Of a stretch of DNA of 43,329 nt, positions 8,393 through 18,188 are shown piece after piece. The translations under genes and the position numbers were made by a program. The stretch's first letter is position 1; every line of letters starts with the position of its first letter. Under the pieces are notes generated by a model that made no database searches, had not been told where the DNA came from, and saw only the letters and a program-made list of their open reading frames with translations. Source of the stretch: Pseudomonadota bacterium (GTDB taxonomy: Bacteria > Bdellovibrionota > FAC87 > UBA2466); contig JAYSWN010000006.1 in the NCBI GenBank assembly GCA_043718025.1, forward strand, positions 1 to 43,329, given 5' to 3'.

Positions 8393-9127
8393 ATGCACAA
8401 AAGAATCTTAATCCTTATTGTCGCCACCTTTTCCCTTTTGAGTCGCGCAGAAAGCCAGAATACCGACTACCGGGGAATTAACGATCCGTTCGGTGACCCC
8501 TCCTCCTACGAATTTTCGGATGACGAAAAAGACGATAAAGAATTTTTCCACCTTGGCCGCTACCTAATGTTTGGCTTGGACATTGGCGTCGGAGTTTTCA
8601 CCGGCGGGCTGGGAACCAGCGCCCAGCCTTCTGCCTACATCGGTGGAAAGTTGCTCTACTTCTTTGACCGATCCTTGGCCTTTGAAGCCTCTGGCCACTA
8701 CTCCAACCACCTCGACCAAGTGAGATCCGCCAAGACCGCCGGCCAAGGGGTCAACCTTGAGATGGTGCTGATACCGATTACCGCTGGTTTTCGTTATTAT
8801 TTTGATACGCGCGGGGCCCCCAAAGCCATTGCCGCCGCTAATCCTTACTTAGCGTTCGGTGGCGGACTTTATATGCGAACCATTCGTGAGCTGCAAAATA
8901 GCGGCAACATTACTACCGACGCCGGTACCACAAATAACTTTGGCGGCTACGCCGGAGCGGGCGTGGAGTTTCCAATTTACCGCCGGCACGTCTATTTTGG
9001 CGTCGATCTTCGTTACCACTATGTTTTTTGGCAGGATGGTGACTCCACCTTCGGGGGCGCGCTGACCAAAGGGGACCGATCGGGTGGCTACTTCACCACC
9101 GCCGCCACCCTTAGCTACAACTTCTAA
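8393..9127 (+). CDS. outer-membrane beta-barrel protein (8-stranded OmpA/OmpW-like fold)
   Basis: Signal peptide MHKRILILIVATFSLLSRA; alternating beta-strands (GFRYYF, NPYLAFGGG, GAGVEF); C-terminal LSYNF BAM signal. Confidence 0.8.
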   Translation: MHKRILILIVATFSLLSRAESQNTDYRGINDPFGDPSSYEFSDDEKDDKEFFHLGRYLMFGLDIGVGVFTGGLGTSAQPSAYIGGKLLYFFDRSLAFEASGHYSNHLDQVRSAKTAGQGVNLEMVLIPITAGFRYYFDTRGAPKAIAAANPYLAFGGGLYMRTIRELQNSGNITTDAGTTNNFGGYAGAGVEFPIYRRHVYFGVDLRYHYVFWQDGDSTFGGALTKGDRSGGYFTTAATLSYNF

Positions 9128-9143
9128 TTCTCGAAGCCTTAGT

Positions 9144-9965
9144 CTAACAGGCGCAGAGTAGACTCCACCCCAGCACCGCGCCGGCAAGCAGCACTCGGTA
9201 CCACGCAAACACCCGAAAATCTGCCGAACGAACGTACGCCAGCAATAGGTGAATCGCCAGTAGCCCCGTAACAAAAGAGGCTAAAAAGCCATTGATCATC
9301 AACGGCCACGGCAGGGTGCCCTCGGCCGCCAGTCGTTTGATTTCAGGAAGTTTGTGTAAGAACGCGCACAGGGTAATCGGCATCGCCATCAAAAAGGCAA
9401 ACCGCGCGGAGGCCTGCCGTTGAAAGCCTCGCAACCGCCCCATCGAAATCGTGGAACCCGATCGCGAAACGCCGGGAATCAACGCGAGACACTGCGCAAA
9501 CCCTATCCATAATGCATCGGTAAAGGTCATCTCTTCAATTTGGCGACTGGAGGGGTACTTCCCATCAATCCAGTAAAGAAAAAAGCCCATCAACGCCAGA
9601 CTGCAAGCCATGAGCAACGGAACTCGAAACATTTGCTCAATTGCATGTTCTAAAAATAGCCCGGCAAGTCCGGCTGGAATGGTGGCAACGACAATGAGCC
9701 AAGCCAGTTTCCGTTCGCGATGAAAGCCAATTTTACGCTCAACAATACTGATCAGTCCCGCTTTAAGAAGCTGCCACCAATCTCGCGCAAAGTAGAGAAG
9801 CAGCGCCATCAACGTGCCCCCATGAATAAAAACGTCGTAGGCGAGACCTGGGTCTTTCCATTTGAAAAACCAGGGCACTAAAAAAAGATGGGCCGATGAG
9901 CTGACGGGCAAAAACTCGGTAAGCCCCTGCACAACCCCCAAAACAAGGGCCTGAAAATGAGTCAT
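9144..9965 (-). CDS. uppP: undecaprenyl-diphosphate phosphatase
   Basis: LGVVQGLTEFLPVSSSAHL, ALIPGVSRSGSTI, FAWYR. Confidence 0.97.
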   Translation of the reverse strand: MTHFQALVLGVVQGLTEFLPVSSSAHLFLVPWFFKWKDPGLAYDVFIHGGTLMALLLYFARDWWQLLKAGLISIVERKIGFHRERKLAWLIVVATIPAGLAGLFLEHAIEQMFRVPLLMACSLALMGFFLYWIDGKYPSSRQIEEMTFTDALWIGFAQCLALIPGVSRSGSTISMGRLRGFQRQASARFAFLMAMPITLCAFLHKLPEIKRLAAEGTLPWPLMINGFLASFVTGLLAIHLLLAYVRSADFRVFAWYRVLLAGAVLGWSLLCAC

Positions 9966-9987
9966 TAATTCTTTCCTCGAAGTTGTC

Positions 9988-11145
9988 TTAGCGGTTGCTG
10001 GCGACTAACGCTCTCACTGAATTATAATGGCCGAGCAGCCCCTTCAAAAGGTGAAGATTCAAAGCCGGCACTTTATTTCCCCCGGCCCCCTCCATATCGA
10101 CCGCCATGGTGAGGCTGTTCAAAATTGCCTCTTCAGTTGCCTCGATCACCGCCTTGTAGGCTGGGTCGAGGAAGGTATCGAGCACCATATTGTAGCTGCG
10201 CACCGGCGTAGTGCTGATTCGCGGAATTTCGTTGGCGGTGGTAAAACCGAGGATGATTTCACCACTACTATGGGCGCCGTAGCTACCCACACGGCCAATT
10301 CCTAGCGCGGCTCGGCGGCACAACCGGTTGATCTGGTTCGCCGTGAGCGGAAGATTGGTGCCGACGACGACGATGATCGAACCGTAGTTATTCACCCTGC
10401 GGCTATACTGCCCTTGCGCTTCGGAAAAGACCCGCCCAACCGGGTAGCCATCCATGCGCAGATGTTCCATCACCCCAAAATTGCTCTGCACCAAAACACC
10501 GAGAGTATAAGTGTCCGGGCCCATCGGGATTAAACGCGACGAAGTGCCGATGCCAGCCTTGAAATCGCAGCAGATCATACCGGTGCCAGCGCCCACGGCA
10601 CCTTCGAGCACCGGCCCGTCGGTGGCAGAGTCTAAGGCCGAAAAAACGTGCTGCGGTTTGATGTGCAGGCCAACTGCGTCATTTAAAAAACTGTCGTCGC
10701 ATTCGCCAACCACGGGAATGATCACCTCTTGATGATCGCGGATGGAGGGAAACTTTTGCGCCATCCACTTAACCACGCTGTCGCTAACTCGTCCCACGCT
10801 CAAAGTATTGGTCAACGCGATCGGAGTCTCAATCAACCCCCACTCCATGACTTGAGTCATGCCCGCCACTTCGCCCGCACCACTTAAAATGAAACCGCCA
10901 CTAACCAGCTTGCGATCATAAATCTCGTCGTTGGGGATAATTACCGTAACCCCGGTACGCACCGGACCATTGCCCGATTTTCTGCGGCCGCTGCCCTCGA
11001 TCAAAGTGGTATGCCCCACTTTGACGCCGGGAACGTCGGTAATTGCGTTCAAAGGGCCAGGCAAATACTCGCCAATATTCAGACCCAAGTCGCGCAAACG
11101 AACCCGCTTAGTGCCCTCTTCTCTAAATTTTTCAAAAAGGTTCAT
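9988..11145 (-). CDS. DmpA/P1 family (peptidase S58) aminopeptidase/amidase
   Basis: GPLNAITDVPGVKVGHTTL, PVVGECDDSFLND, GAVGAGTGM, QSNFG, the G|SIIVVVGT autoprocessing site, SSGE. Confidence 0.93.
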   Translation of the reverse strand: MNLFEKFREEGTKRVRLRDLGLNIGEYLPGPLNAITDVPGVKVGHTTLIEGSGRRKSGNGPVRTGVTVIIPNDEIYDRKLVSGGFILSGAGEVAGMTQVMEWGLIETPIALTNTLSVGRVSDSVVKWMAQKFPSIRDHQEVIIPVVGECDDSFLNDAVGLHIKPQHVFSALDSATDGPVLEGAVGAGTGMICCDFKAGIGTSSRLIPMGPDTYTLGVLVQSNFGVMEHLRMDGYPVGRVFSEAQGQYSRRVNNYGSIIVVVGTNLPLTANQINRLCRRAALGIGRVGSYGAHSSGEIILGFTTANEIPRISTTPVRSYNMVLDTFLDPAYKAVIEATEEAILNSLTMAVDMEGAGGNKVPALNLHLLKGLLGHYNSVRALVASNR

Positions 11146-13194
11146 CTACCAAACCTTAAGCCGTTCTACTCCACGCCAGCGATGAATGGCGGGCGTCAAA
11201 ATACGTTTGATCAAGGCTTCGTAGGGCATGCCCGAACGCTCGGCAAGAATGACCAAGTCGCTAAATTTTGGAGTGAGTCCCGGCAGCGGGTTGATTTCAA
11301 TGAAGTAAATATTGCCTCGATCATCCAATCGAAAATCGATGCGGCCAACATCGCGGCAGCCCAGCAGCCGAAATACCTTCTTGGCAAACTGGTGCACTTT
11401 GCGATCAGCCTCTTTTCCCAGACTCACCGGACAGACCAAATTGAATATCGGGTTTGCGGTTGGCTCAACGTGCTTGGCTTCAAAACCGTAAACCGGAAAT
11501 TTTCCCGCTTCGTGGGTAAATGATATCTCCATCGGACCCAAAACCTTTAACGTGTGATTGCCCAGCACGCCGATGGTAAACTCACGCCCTTCGATATACT
11601 CCTCGCAAAGAATCGGCTCCTTAAAATGGTGCCATTGACCGGTGGCTTCACGCACCAGTTCCTCTTGAGACATCACCACCGATTTTTGCCCGATTCCTTT
11701 AGAAGTGCCCTCGTGATTGGGTTTTACGATCACCGGGAAACGCAACGCTATATCGGGGAACTTGGTCGCCCCTTGATAAAGAAAGTACTTCGGCGTCAGT
11801 ATGCGATCTTGGCTCAGCAACTTTTTGGTAAGCGCTTTATCTAGGGTAATTGCCAAACAGGTGGCGTCGCTACCGGTGTGCTCAATGCCAAGTAGGTCAC
11901 ACATCGCCGGCACTTGCGCTTCGCGCGCCCGCTTATTAGACCCCTCGGCAATGTTGAAGACCACGTCTACTTTGTATTCGATAAGGAATTCAGAAAGAGT
12001 TTTGGTGGCTTCAACCGGAACTACGTCAAAGCCAAGCCCCTCAATCGTGCGGTGCAGAGCATCTACGGTTTTCTGCGAATCAAATTCGGCTTCGTGCACG
12101 TAATCGGGGTCGTTTACGTCTTTGCGGCGCAGATTGTAAACTAAGCCAATGCGCGGATTGCGGGTGCTCCGCAGGCGGTGCGGCGATGACATCGATTTGC
12201 CATTAAGTTTAAGACGCGCACTGGCGGCCTCAACAATCTTTAAAATGGTACCGTTGTAGTCGAGTCCCAAAAGCTGAGTGGCCTCAAAGACGCCGGCGCC
12301 CGGTTGAAGGCTCGGCAGCGCGTTGAGCTCGAGGAAATAGATTTCGCCTTCGGGAGTGATACGAAAATCGGCCCGGGTAAAATCAGAGACCCCGCACGAC
12401 GGGACTATCTTTTTCATGTACTCCACTAAACGTTCGCGCAGACCAGGCTCGAGCTTGGCCGGGCAACGCACCGATACTACATCGTCTAATTCATTCTTAA
12501 GCTCGTAGTCGTAAATTGCGTTTTCGGTGCCTTCGGTGCGCTTTGAGAAAATGTATTCGAGGGGCTCTAAAACCCCGCCGTCTCCCAGCCCTTGAATAAA
12601 GGGCACCGACACATCACGCCCCGGAATAAAGCGCTCAATGAGCAAACCGTGAGGAAATTGTTTTAAGCAATCCGTGCCGTAAGCCATTAGCTCATCAGCG
12701 TCACGGCAAAACGACCGTGCGGTAATCCCTTTACTACTGCCTTCGTAGTTGGGTTTCACGAACGCGGGGTAAACCACCTCGCGAACGATGCTCTTTAGTT
12801 CATCCTGGTTGTTGACGAAGTAGCCTTCGGCCACCGGCACCTTACGGCTGGCCACCATCTGCTTGGTCAAAAATTTATCCAGCGTTAAAAAGCAGCCATA
12901 GGGGCCAGTGCCAACGTAAGGAATTCTGAGCTGCTCGAAAATCGTGGGGCCAAGGCTTTCACGACCCACGCCGTAATAGCCCTCGGCGGTATTGAAGATG
13001 ATGTCGGGCTTAATCTCGCTCAACTGCCGAATCCACGCCGAAACTGAATCTTTTAGGGTCATTTCCACATCGAAAACCTGATGGTTTCCCGACGCTAGAG
13101 CATTGTGAATGCACTCAATGGTTTCTGAGGTGTCGAACTCCGCCTGTTCGATGGAGTCGTCGGTCTTTCGATTGAAAACAAAGGCTATTTTCAT
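11146..13194 (-). CDS. tandem (two-domain) D-Ala-D-Ala-ligase-like ATP-grasp protein
   Basis: Two homologous halves, each with AEFD, FNxAEG, LDKxLTK, VKPNxEGxSKGI, ExFI/YIxGR, RxDFR and ExNxLP. Confidence 0.9.
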   Translation of the reverse strand: MKIAFVFNRKTDDSIEQAEFDTSETIECIHNALASGNHQVFDVEMTLKDSVSAWIRQLSEIKPDIIFNTAEGYYGVGRESLGPTIFEQLRIPYVGTGPYGCFLTLDKFLTKQMVASRKVPVAEGYFVNNQDELKSIVREVVYPAFVKPNYEGSSKGITARSFCRDADELMAYGTDCLKQFPHGLLIERFIPGRDVSVPFIQGLGDGGVLEPLEYIFSKRTEGTENAIYDYELKNELDDVVSVRCPAKLEPGLRERLVEYMKKIVPSCGVSDFTRADFRITPEGEIYFLELNALPSLQPGAGVFEATQLLGLDYNGTILKIVEAASARLKLNGKSMSSPHRLRSTRNPRIGLVYNLRRKDVNDPDYVHEAEFDSQKTVDALHRTIEGLGFDVVPVEATKTLSEFLIEYKVDVVFNIAEGSNKRAREAQVPAMCDLLGIEHTGSDATCLAITLDKALTKKLLSQDRILTPKYFLYQGATKFPDIALRFPVIVKPNHEGTSKGIGQKSVVMSQEELVREATGQWHHFKEPILCEEYIEGREFTIGVLGNHTLKVLGPMEISFTHEAGKFPVYGFEAKHVEPTANPIFNLVCPVSLGKEADRKVHQFAKKVFRLLGCRDVGRIDFRLDDRGNIYFIEINPLPGLTPKFSDLVILAERSGMPYEALIKRILTPAIHRWRGVERLKVW

Positions 13195-13221
13195 GACCGG
13201 GAAAAACTAGCATAAGAAAAG

Positions 13222-14325
13222 TTACGAAGCCATCGCGTCGATGAGCACTTTCCAATATTCCGCCGCCAGTTGGCAAGTAGGCTCCTCGCCAAATTCGCGC
13301 CGGCCCGAAAGTGGCGGAGCCACCTCGGTGACGTCCCCCCCAACCACATCGAATTGGCGGCTAAGTCTGGCGATGAGTTTCAAAACAAACTCAGGGTGGA
13401 GCCCTTTGGTCTCCGGCGTGCCGGTGGCCGAGGCCCAGTGACTATCGGTACCATCGATGTCGTTTGAGATGTAGAGCTTGGTGACCCCCTGGGCTTCAAA
13501 GTGCTCTGCGATGGTGTCAGCAATCGCGGTCTCGTTACCCAGCACTTCATGCGCCCAGTGCTGAACGACGGGATATTTTTCGGTCCAGTAGGCCTTATCT
13601 TTGCCGCTTACCCGGATGCCCACTTGCACCAAACGGTGAGGTTTCAGTAGCTTCATGGCGTGATGGGCCCAGGTAGCAAAACAGTACTTCACCCCAAAAC
13701 GGGCCGCTAACAGATCGGTATGAGCATCAAAATGAAGTAGGCCCAGCTCTTCGCGGTAGCGCTTGGCGTATCCCCGAATCATCGGCCAGGTCGTACTATG
13801 GTCACCACCTAACATTGCCACGCGCGCGTCGGGATTGAGTTCCCACAAGGTTTCTAAAACCGCTTCAGCAATGGAAAGCGGGCTTACCGGCAAGCCGACG
13901 CCTTTGCCATCGTATAGTGCATCGGCAACGTCTTTAATCTGCGTCGAATTGAGCATCTCGTCGTGCAGAAGATGGGGAACCGTGGCCACGTCGCCAAGAT
14001 CCAAAAAGTCTTTGGGAAGAGTTTTGTACTTGGTGAGATACGCCTCACGAATCCCGATTGGGCCCAGGTTGGCCCCCTTTACTATTCCGGCGCCGGTGTC
14101 CGAGGGAATGCCAAAGCCCAAGCAACGTACGCGGCGTATCTTCTGCAACGAGTCTTCCCAGGCGCTGGCGACTACCGCCGGAGAGTCCGAGCCGTAGAGC
14201 AGTTTGGCGAGACGTGAGGCCCAGTCTCCGCCCGTGGAGACCGTGAGCATCCCGCGGCCCGGCGGCCTTAAAAAAAGTCTTAAACGGTCCAGGGAAGATA
14301 AATTTTGCGACAAAGTGGACGCCAT
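13222..14325 (-). CDS. arginase/agmatinase (ureohydrolase) family protein
   Basis: Mn-binding motifs GGDHS, FDAHTD, SNDIDGTD, ATGTPE, DVTEVAP; start taken at MASTL. Confidence 0.9.
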   Translation of the reverse strand: MASTLSQNLSSLDRLRLFLRPPGRGMLTVSTGGDWASRLAKLLYGSDSPAVVASAWEDSLQKIRRVRCLGFGIPSDTGAGIVKGANLGPIGIREAYLTKYKTLPKDFLDLGDVATVPHLLHDEMLNSTQIKDVADALYDGKGVGLPVSPLSIAEAVLETLWELNPDARVAMLGGDHSTTWPMIRGYAKRYREELGLLHFDAHTDLLAARFGVKYCFATWAHHAMKLLKPHRLVQVGIRVSGKDKAYWTEKYPVVQHWAHEVLGNETAIADTIAEHFEAQGVTKLYISNDIDGTDSHWASATGTPETKGLHPEFVLKLIARLSRQFDVVGGDVTEVAPPLSGRREFGEEPTCQLAAEYWKVLIDAMAS

Positions 14326-14418
14326 TTGCGGCTGAGTATCTCCCAAAATCGGAATTAAGGCGAATTTGAGCAAAAACATGTCTTGAGAATGCCGGACTTT
14401 TTCCCTATTTTACGTCGC

Positions 14419-15501
14419 ATGTCGCTACGCATCGAGAACCTAGAGAAGAGCTTCGGCGAGTTTCGCCTCCAGCCCCTTTCGCTCACCTTGAAACAGGGTG
14501 AGTTTTTTTCTCTCTTGGGGCCGAGCGGTTGCGGAAAAACCACCGTGTTGCGCTGCGTGGGCGGTTTTGAAAAACCCAGCGGGGGCAAAATCTTTTTGTC
14601 CGATAAAGAGATCACCAACGTACCTGCTCACCATCGAAATCTTCATACCGTATTTCAGAAATACGCGCTTTTTCCTCATTTGAATGTTTACGAAAACATC
14701 GCCTTCAGTCTGCGCATCAAAAAAAAACCAGAGGCCGACGTTAAGGATGCCGTGGTGGATGCCCTCCGGCTGATCGAAATCGAGCATTTAAGAGATCGTC
14801 GAATTCAGGAGTTGTCCGGCGGCCAGCAACAACGGGTAGCGTTGGCCCGGGCACTAGTGGATCAACCCGCGCTGCTCCTACTCGACGAACCCCTCTCCGC
14901 CCTGGACCCCGCCTTAAGAATTCGCATGCGGGAAGAGTTGAAATCACTTTGCCGCCGCATTGGTATCACTTTTGTTCTGGTGACCCACGATCAAGAAGAG
15001 GCCCTGCAACTTTCTGACCGTTTGGCCGTGATGCGCGACGGCCGCTGCCTGCAGGTTGGCACCCCTAAAGAGATTTACGAAGACCCGGTAGACTCATTCG
15101 TGGCCCGATTTATCGGACCTTTGAACGAGATTCCCGGTGAAATCATTTCCGGTGAAGGCGACATGCTGGCCATGACCTCGCCCTTGGGCGTTTTCCAGTT
15201 GCGCAAAAATGATAGCCTCACGGGAAAAAGTGTTTCGCTCTGCGTGCGGCCCGAGAAAATGCGGCTACTGCGCCATCGAACGAACACTCAAGAGAATTTG
15301 ATCGAGGGTGAAATCATGGAGCTCTGCTATTTGGGTTCCCGCACCGAATATTTGGTAAGAACCCGGGAGCTTATCTTTAAAGTTTTTGAACCCGAACTGG
15401 AACGAATCAAAAAACGGAGTTTAAATAGCGGCGATCGCATCTACCTCACCTGGCGTAAAGAAGACGCAATCTGTCTACCCGGGCCGGGAAAAGCGCATTG
15501 A
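14419..15501 (+). CDS. potA: spermidine/putrescine ABC transporter ATPase
   Basis: GPSGCGKTT, FQKYALFPHL, LSGGQQQRVALARAL, LLDEPLSALD, C-terminal TOBE-like VRPE. Confidence 0.92.
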   Translation: MSLRIENLEKSFGEFRLQPLSLTLKQGEFFSLLGPSGCGKTTVLRCVGGFEKPSGGKIFLSDKEITNVPAHHRNLHTVFQKYALFPHLNVYENIAFSLRIKKKPEADVKDAVVDALRLIEIEHLRDRRIQELSGGQQQRVALARALVDQPALLLLDEPLSALDPALRIRMREELKSLCRRIGITFVLVTHDQEEALQLSDRLAVMRDGRCLQVGTPKEIYEDPVDSFVARFIGPLNEIPGEIISGEGDMLAMTSPLGVFQLRKNDSLTGKSVSLCVRPEKMRLLRHRTNTQENLIEGEIMELCYLGSRTEYLVRTRELIFKVFEPELERIKKRSLNSGDRIYLTWRKEDAICLPGPGKAH

Positions 15502-16376
15502 AACTTACCGACCTAAAATGGGCCGACATTAAACCTTCGGCGTGGAGCTTTTTTTCATGGCTAACGCTGTTCACGCTGCTTCCGTTTGGCATTATTTTGG
15601 TAATGAGCTTTGTGCAAAAAGGGGATTACGGCACCCTCACCTGGATTCCCACTTTTGATAACTATGCGCGCTGTTTCCAGTGGATCTACTTTAATGTCTT
15701 GGCCAAAACCGTATTCATGGCCTTTACCGCCACCGTAAGCTGCCTTCTTTTTGGCTTCCCCATCGCCTACTACCTGGCGCGATCGCAGGGGTGGCAGCGC
15801 AATTTTGGCCTCGTACTTCTGTTTATTCCGTTTTGGACCAATTTTGTTTTGCGCATGTACGGCATCATTTCCATCTTTGGAAATAATGGCTTATTGAACC
15901 AGGCGTTGATTGGTTCGGGGCTGCGCACCGAACCTTTTCCCATTCTCTATACCCGGCTCGGCGTTTATTTAGGCCTGGTCTACAACTACCTGCCCTTTCT
16001 CGTGGTGCCGATATTCTCGGCGTTGGAGAAATTGGATGAGTCCTGGCGAGAAGCTGCGCAGGACTTGGGCGCCAACCGATACCAGGTGTTTTGGGGCGTG
16101 GTGGTACCCAACATTAGAGAAGGCATTTTGGTGGGCAGCCTTTTTGTCTTTATTCCCATGTTGGGCGAGTACGTCATTCCCGATCTGCTGGGTGGAGCAA
16201 AGGAAGCCTTTTTGGGCAACGTAATGGTGAGCCAGTTTTTTGTGATGCAAGACTGGCCGTTTGGTTCGGCCTTGGCCGGCCTTTTATCTTTTCTCTTAAT
16301 CTTAACCCTATGGGTGCAGACCAAGTGGGGACAGAATCCCGGCGAGGGAATAAAACGGATTACTAGCCATGCGTAA
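15498..16376 (+). CDS. potB: spermidine/putrescine ABC transporter permease
   Basis: IPFWTNFVLR, EAAQDLGA loop, DWPFGSALA. Confidence 0.92.
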   Translation: MKLTDLKWADIKPSAWSFFSWLTLFTLLPFGIILVMSFVQKGDYGTLTWIPTFDNYARCFQWIYFNVLAKTVFMAFTATVSCLLFGFPIAYYLARSQGWQRNFGLVLLFIPFWTNFVLRMYGIISIFGNNGLLNQALIGSGLRTEPFPILYTRLGVYLGLVYNYLPFLVVPIFSALEKLDESWREAAQDLGANRYQVFWGVVVPNIREGILVGSLFVFIPMLGEYVIPDLLGGAKEAFLGNVMVSQFFVMQDWPFGSALAGLLSFLLILTLWVQTKWGQNPGEGIKRITSHA

Positions 16377-17157
16377 GGGGCCCAATAAATTCGTTACCGC
16401 CATTTTCGCCCTGGCCATTTTCTATTTGTACCTGCCGCTCACCTACCTGGTAGTGCAGACGTTTTTGAAAGACCCTAATCACATCGGCGGCGGCTGGACA
16501 TTAGATTGGCTTTTGATGCTGCTGAGGGACCCGGCGCTGTTGACTCCCTTGTGGACCAGTATTCAAATTGGTTTTTTATCGGCCTCATTGGCGGTTACGG
16601 TGGGAACCCTCGGCGCAGTGGGGCTGACCCCGATTGCGGCGCGATTGCCGGTCTTCGTGCAAACGCTGATCTTATTGCCGATTCTTCTGCCGGAGGTGAT
16701 TACCGGCCTTTCGCTGCTTCTTTTCTTTCTGCTGCTTCGCTTCGAACTCGGTTTTTTTACAGTGGCTCTGGCCCACGCAAGCTTCAGCGCCAGTTTTGTC
16801 TATTTCATTGTTACCGAACAGCTGAGAAAACTGGATCCCAACTTGGCGGAAGCGGCGCAAGATTTGGGAGCCCGTCCTGACCAGATTTTTTTAAAAGTTA
16901 CCGTCCCCAACGTCTTGCCCGGAATCATGGGTGGCTGGATGCTGGCCTTCACACTGTCATTCGATGACTTTCTCATTTCATTTTTCACCAGCGGCGCCGG
17001 AGTGACCACCCTGCCCCTTAAGATCTACTCGTTAATGCGGCTGGGCATTTCACCCGAGCTCAATGGCCTTTCGTTCTTAATGATTTTACTTTCGGTGCTT
17101 CTAGTATTTGTCCTATTGCTGAGACGGGAGAGTAGAGAATGGATTTTAAAAAGATAG
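16369..17157 (+). CDS. potC: spermidine/putrescine ABC transporter permease
   Basis: YLYLP, LPEVITGLSLL, EAAQDLGA, FTLSFDDF, TLPLKIYS. Confidence 0.92.
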   Translation: MRKGPNKFVTAIFALAIFYLYLPLTYLVVQTFLKDPNHIGGGWTLDWLLMLLRDPALLTPLWTSIQIGFLSASLAVTVGTLGAVGLTPIAARLPVFVQTLILLPILLPEVITGLSLLLFFLLLRFELGFFTVALAHASFSASFVYFIVTEQLRKLDPNLAEAAQDLGARPDQIFLKVTVPNVLPGIMGGWMLAFTLSFDDFLISFFTSGAGVTTLPLKIYSLMRLGISPELNGLSFLMILLSVLLVFVLLLRRESREWILKR

Positions 17158-18188
17158 CTTCACTTGCGGCAATAGTTACCGTGATGGGGGTGGCTTTCAC
17201 TTTCCTAAGATCTCCACGGTCTACGACACCCGTGCTACGGGTTTATACCTGGAGTAACTACCTACCTGAGGAAGTGCTAAAAAAGTTTACCGATAGAACT
17301 GGCATTAAAGTGGAGCTAAGCTACCTCTCAAGTAACGAAGAGATGTTCGCCAAATTACGGGCGGGAGCCGCAGGGTTCGACGTGATTCAGCCCTCTGACT
17401 ATATGATGCGGCAGATGATTCGTCTCAAAATGCTGCGGCCGCTGGACAAGGATAAGCTTCCGAATTTAATTCACCTTGATCCGGCTTACCGCACTGTTTC
17501 GTACGATCCGGGGCAGGTCTATTCGGTGCCCTTCACTTGGGGAACCACCGGCATTGCCGTGAATACCGACAAAGTGAAGGTGCCCGAGGGCAAGGTGAGC
17601 TGGAAGCTTTTGCTAGAGTCGCCCGACCCCAAACACACATCATTATTAGACGATATGCGCGAAGTTTTTGGCGCCGTATTAACCACGCAAGGCGACAGCA
17701 TCAACACCAAAGACCCTAAAGCGCTCAACCTGGCACGCGCCAAAATCAGCACGCTCAAGAATTCGATTCTGATGTTTAACTCCGAGCCCAAAGCACTGCT
17801 TCTCAAGGGTGAGCTTAATATTGCGCACATCTTTTCATGCGATGGGGCCCAAGCCTCGGCCGCCAACCCTAAAATCAAATACTTTATTCCGGTGGAGGGA
17901 GGCACGCTGTGGACCGACAACTTTGCCATTCCCACTACCGCCCAGCATGTAAACGAAGCACATCAATTCATCGATTTTATTCTTGATCCTCAGGTGACGG
18001 TTGAGATCGTGAGCGATAAAAAACTCGCCACTCCAAACCTGTCGGCCCGCCGTTTACTAAACGATCTGGAACAAAAAGACCGATCGGTTTACCCCGATCC
18101 CCAAGACCTAATACGCATGAAGTTTTTAGAAGACTTGGGAGAAACCCTAGAGGTGGTTAGCCGGATGTGGACCGAGTTAAAGTCGTAA
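17139..18188 (+). CDS. potD: spermidine/putrescine-binding periplasmic protein
   Basis: LRVYTWSNY, SNEEMFAKL, PSDYM, YSVPFTWGTTGI, EGGTLWTDNFAIP. Confidence 0.92.
   Translation: MDFKKIASLAAIVTVMGVAFTFLRSPRSTTPVLRVYTWSNYLPEEVLKKFTDRTGIKVELSYLSSNEEMFAKLRAGAAGFDVIQPSDYMMRQMIRLKMLRPLDKDKLPNLIHLDPAYRTVSYDPGQVYSVPFTWGTTGIAVNTDKVKVPEGKVSWKLLLESPDPKHTSLLDDMREVFGAVLTTQGDSINTKDPKALNLARAKISTLKNSILMFNSEPKALLLKGELNIAHIFSCDGAQASAANPKIKYFIPVEGGTLWTDNFAIPTTAQHVNEAHQFIDFILDPQVTVEIVSDKKLATPNLSARRLLNDLEQKDRSVYPDPQDLIRMKFLEDLGETLEVVSRMWTELKS

Noticed and set aside
9144..13194. Vancomycin-resistance (van) cluster
   Set aside because: No VanH/VanX/VanRS genes, and the ligase lacks the canonical Ddl/VanA N-terminal motifs.
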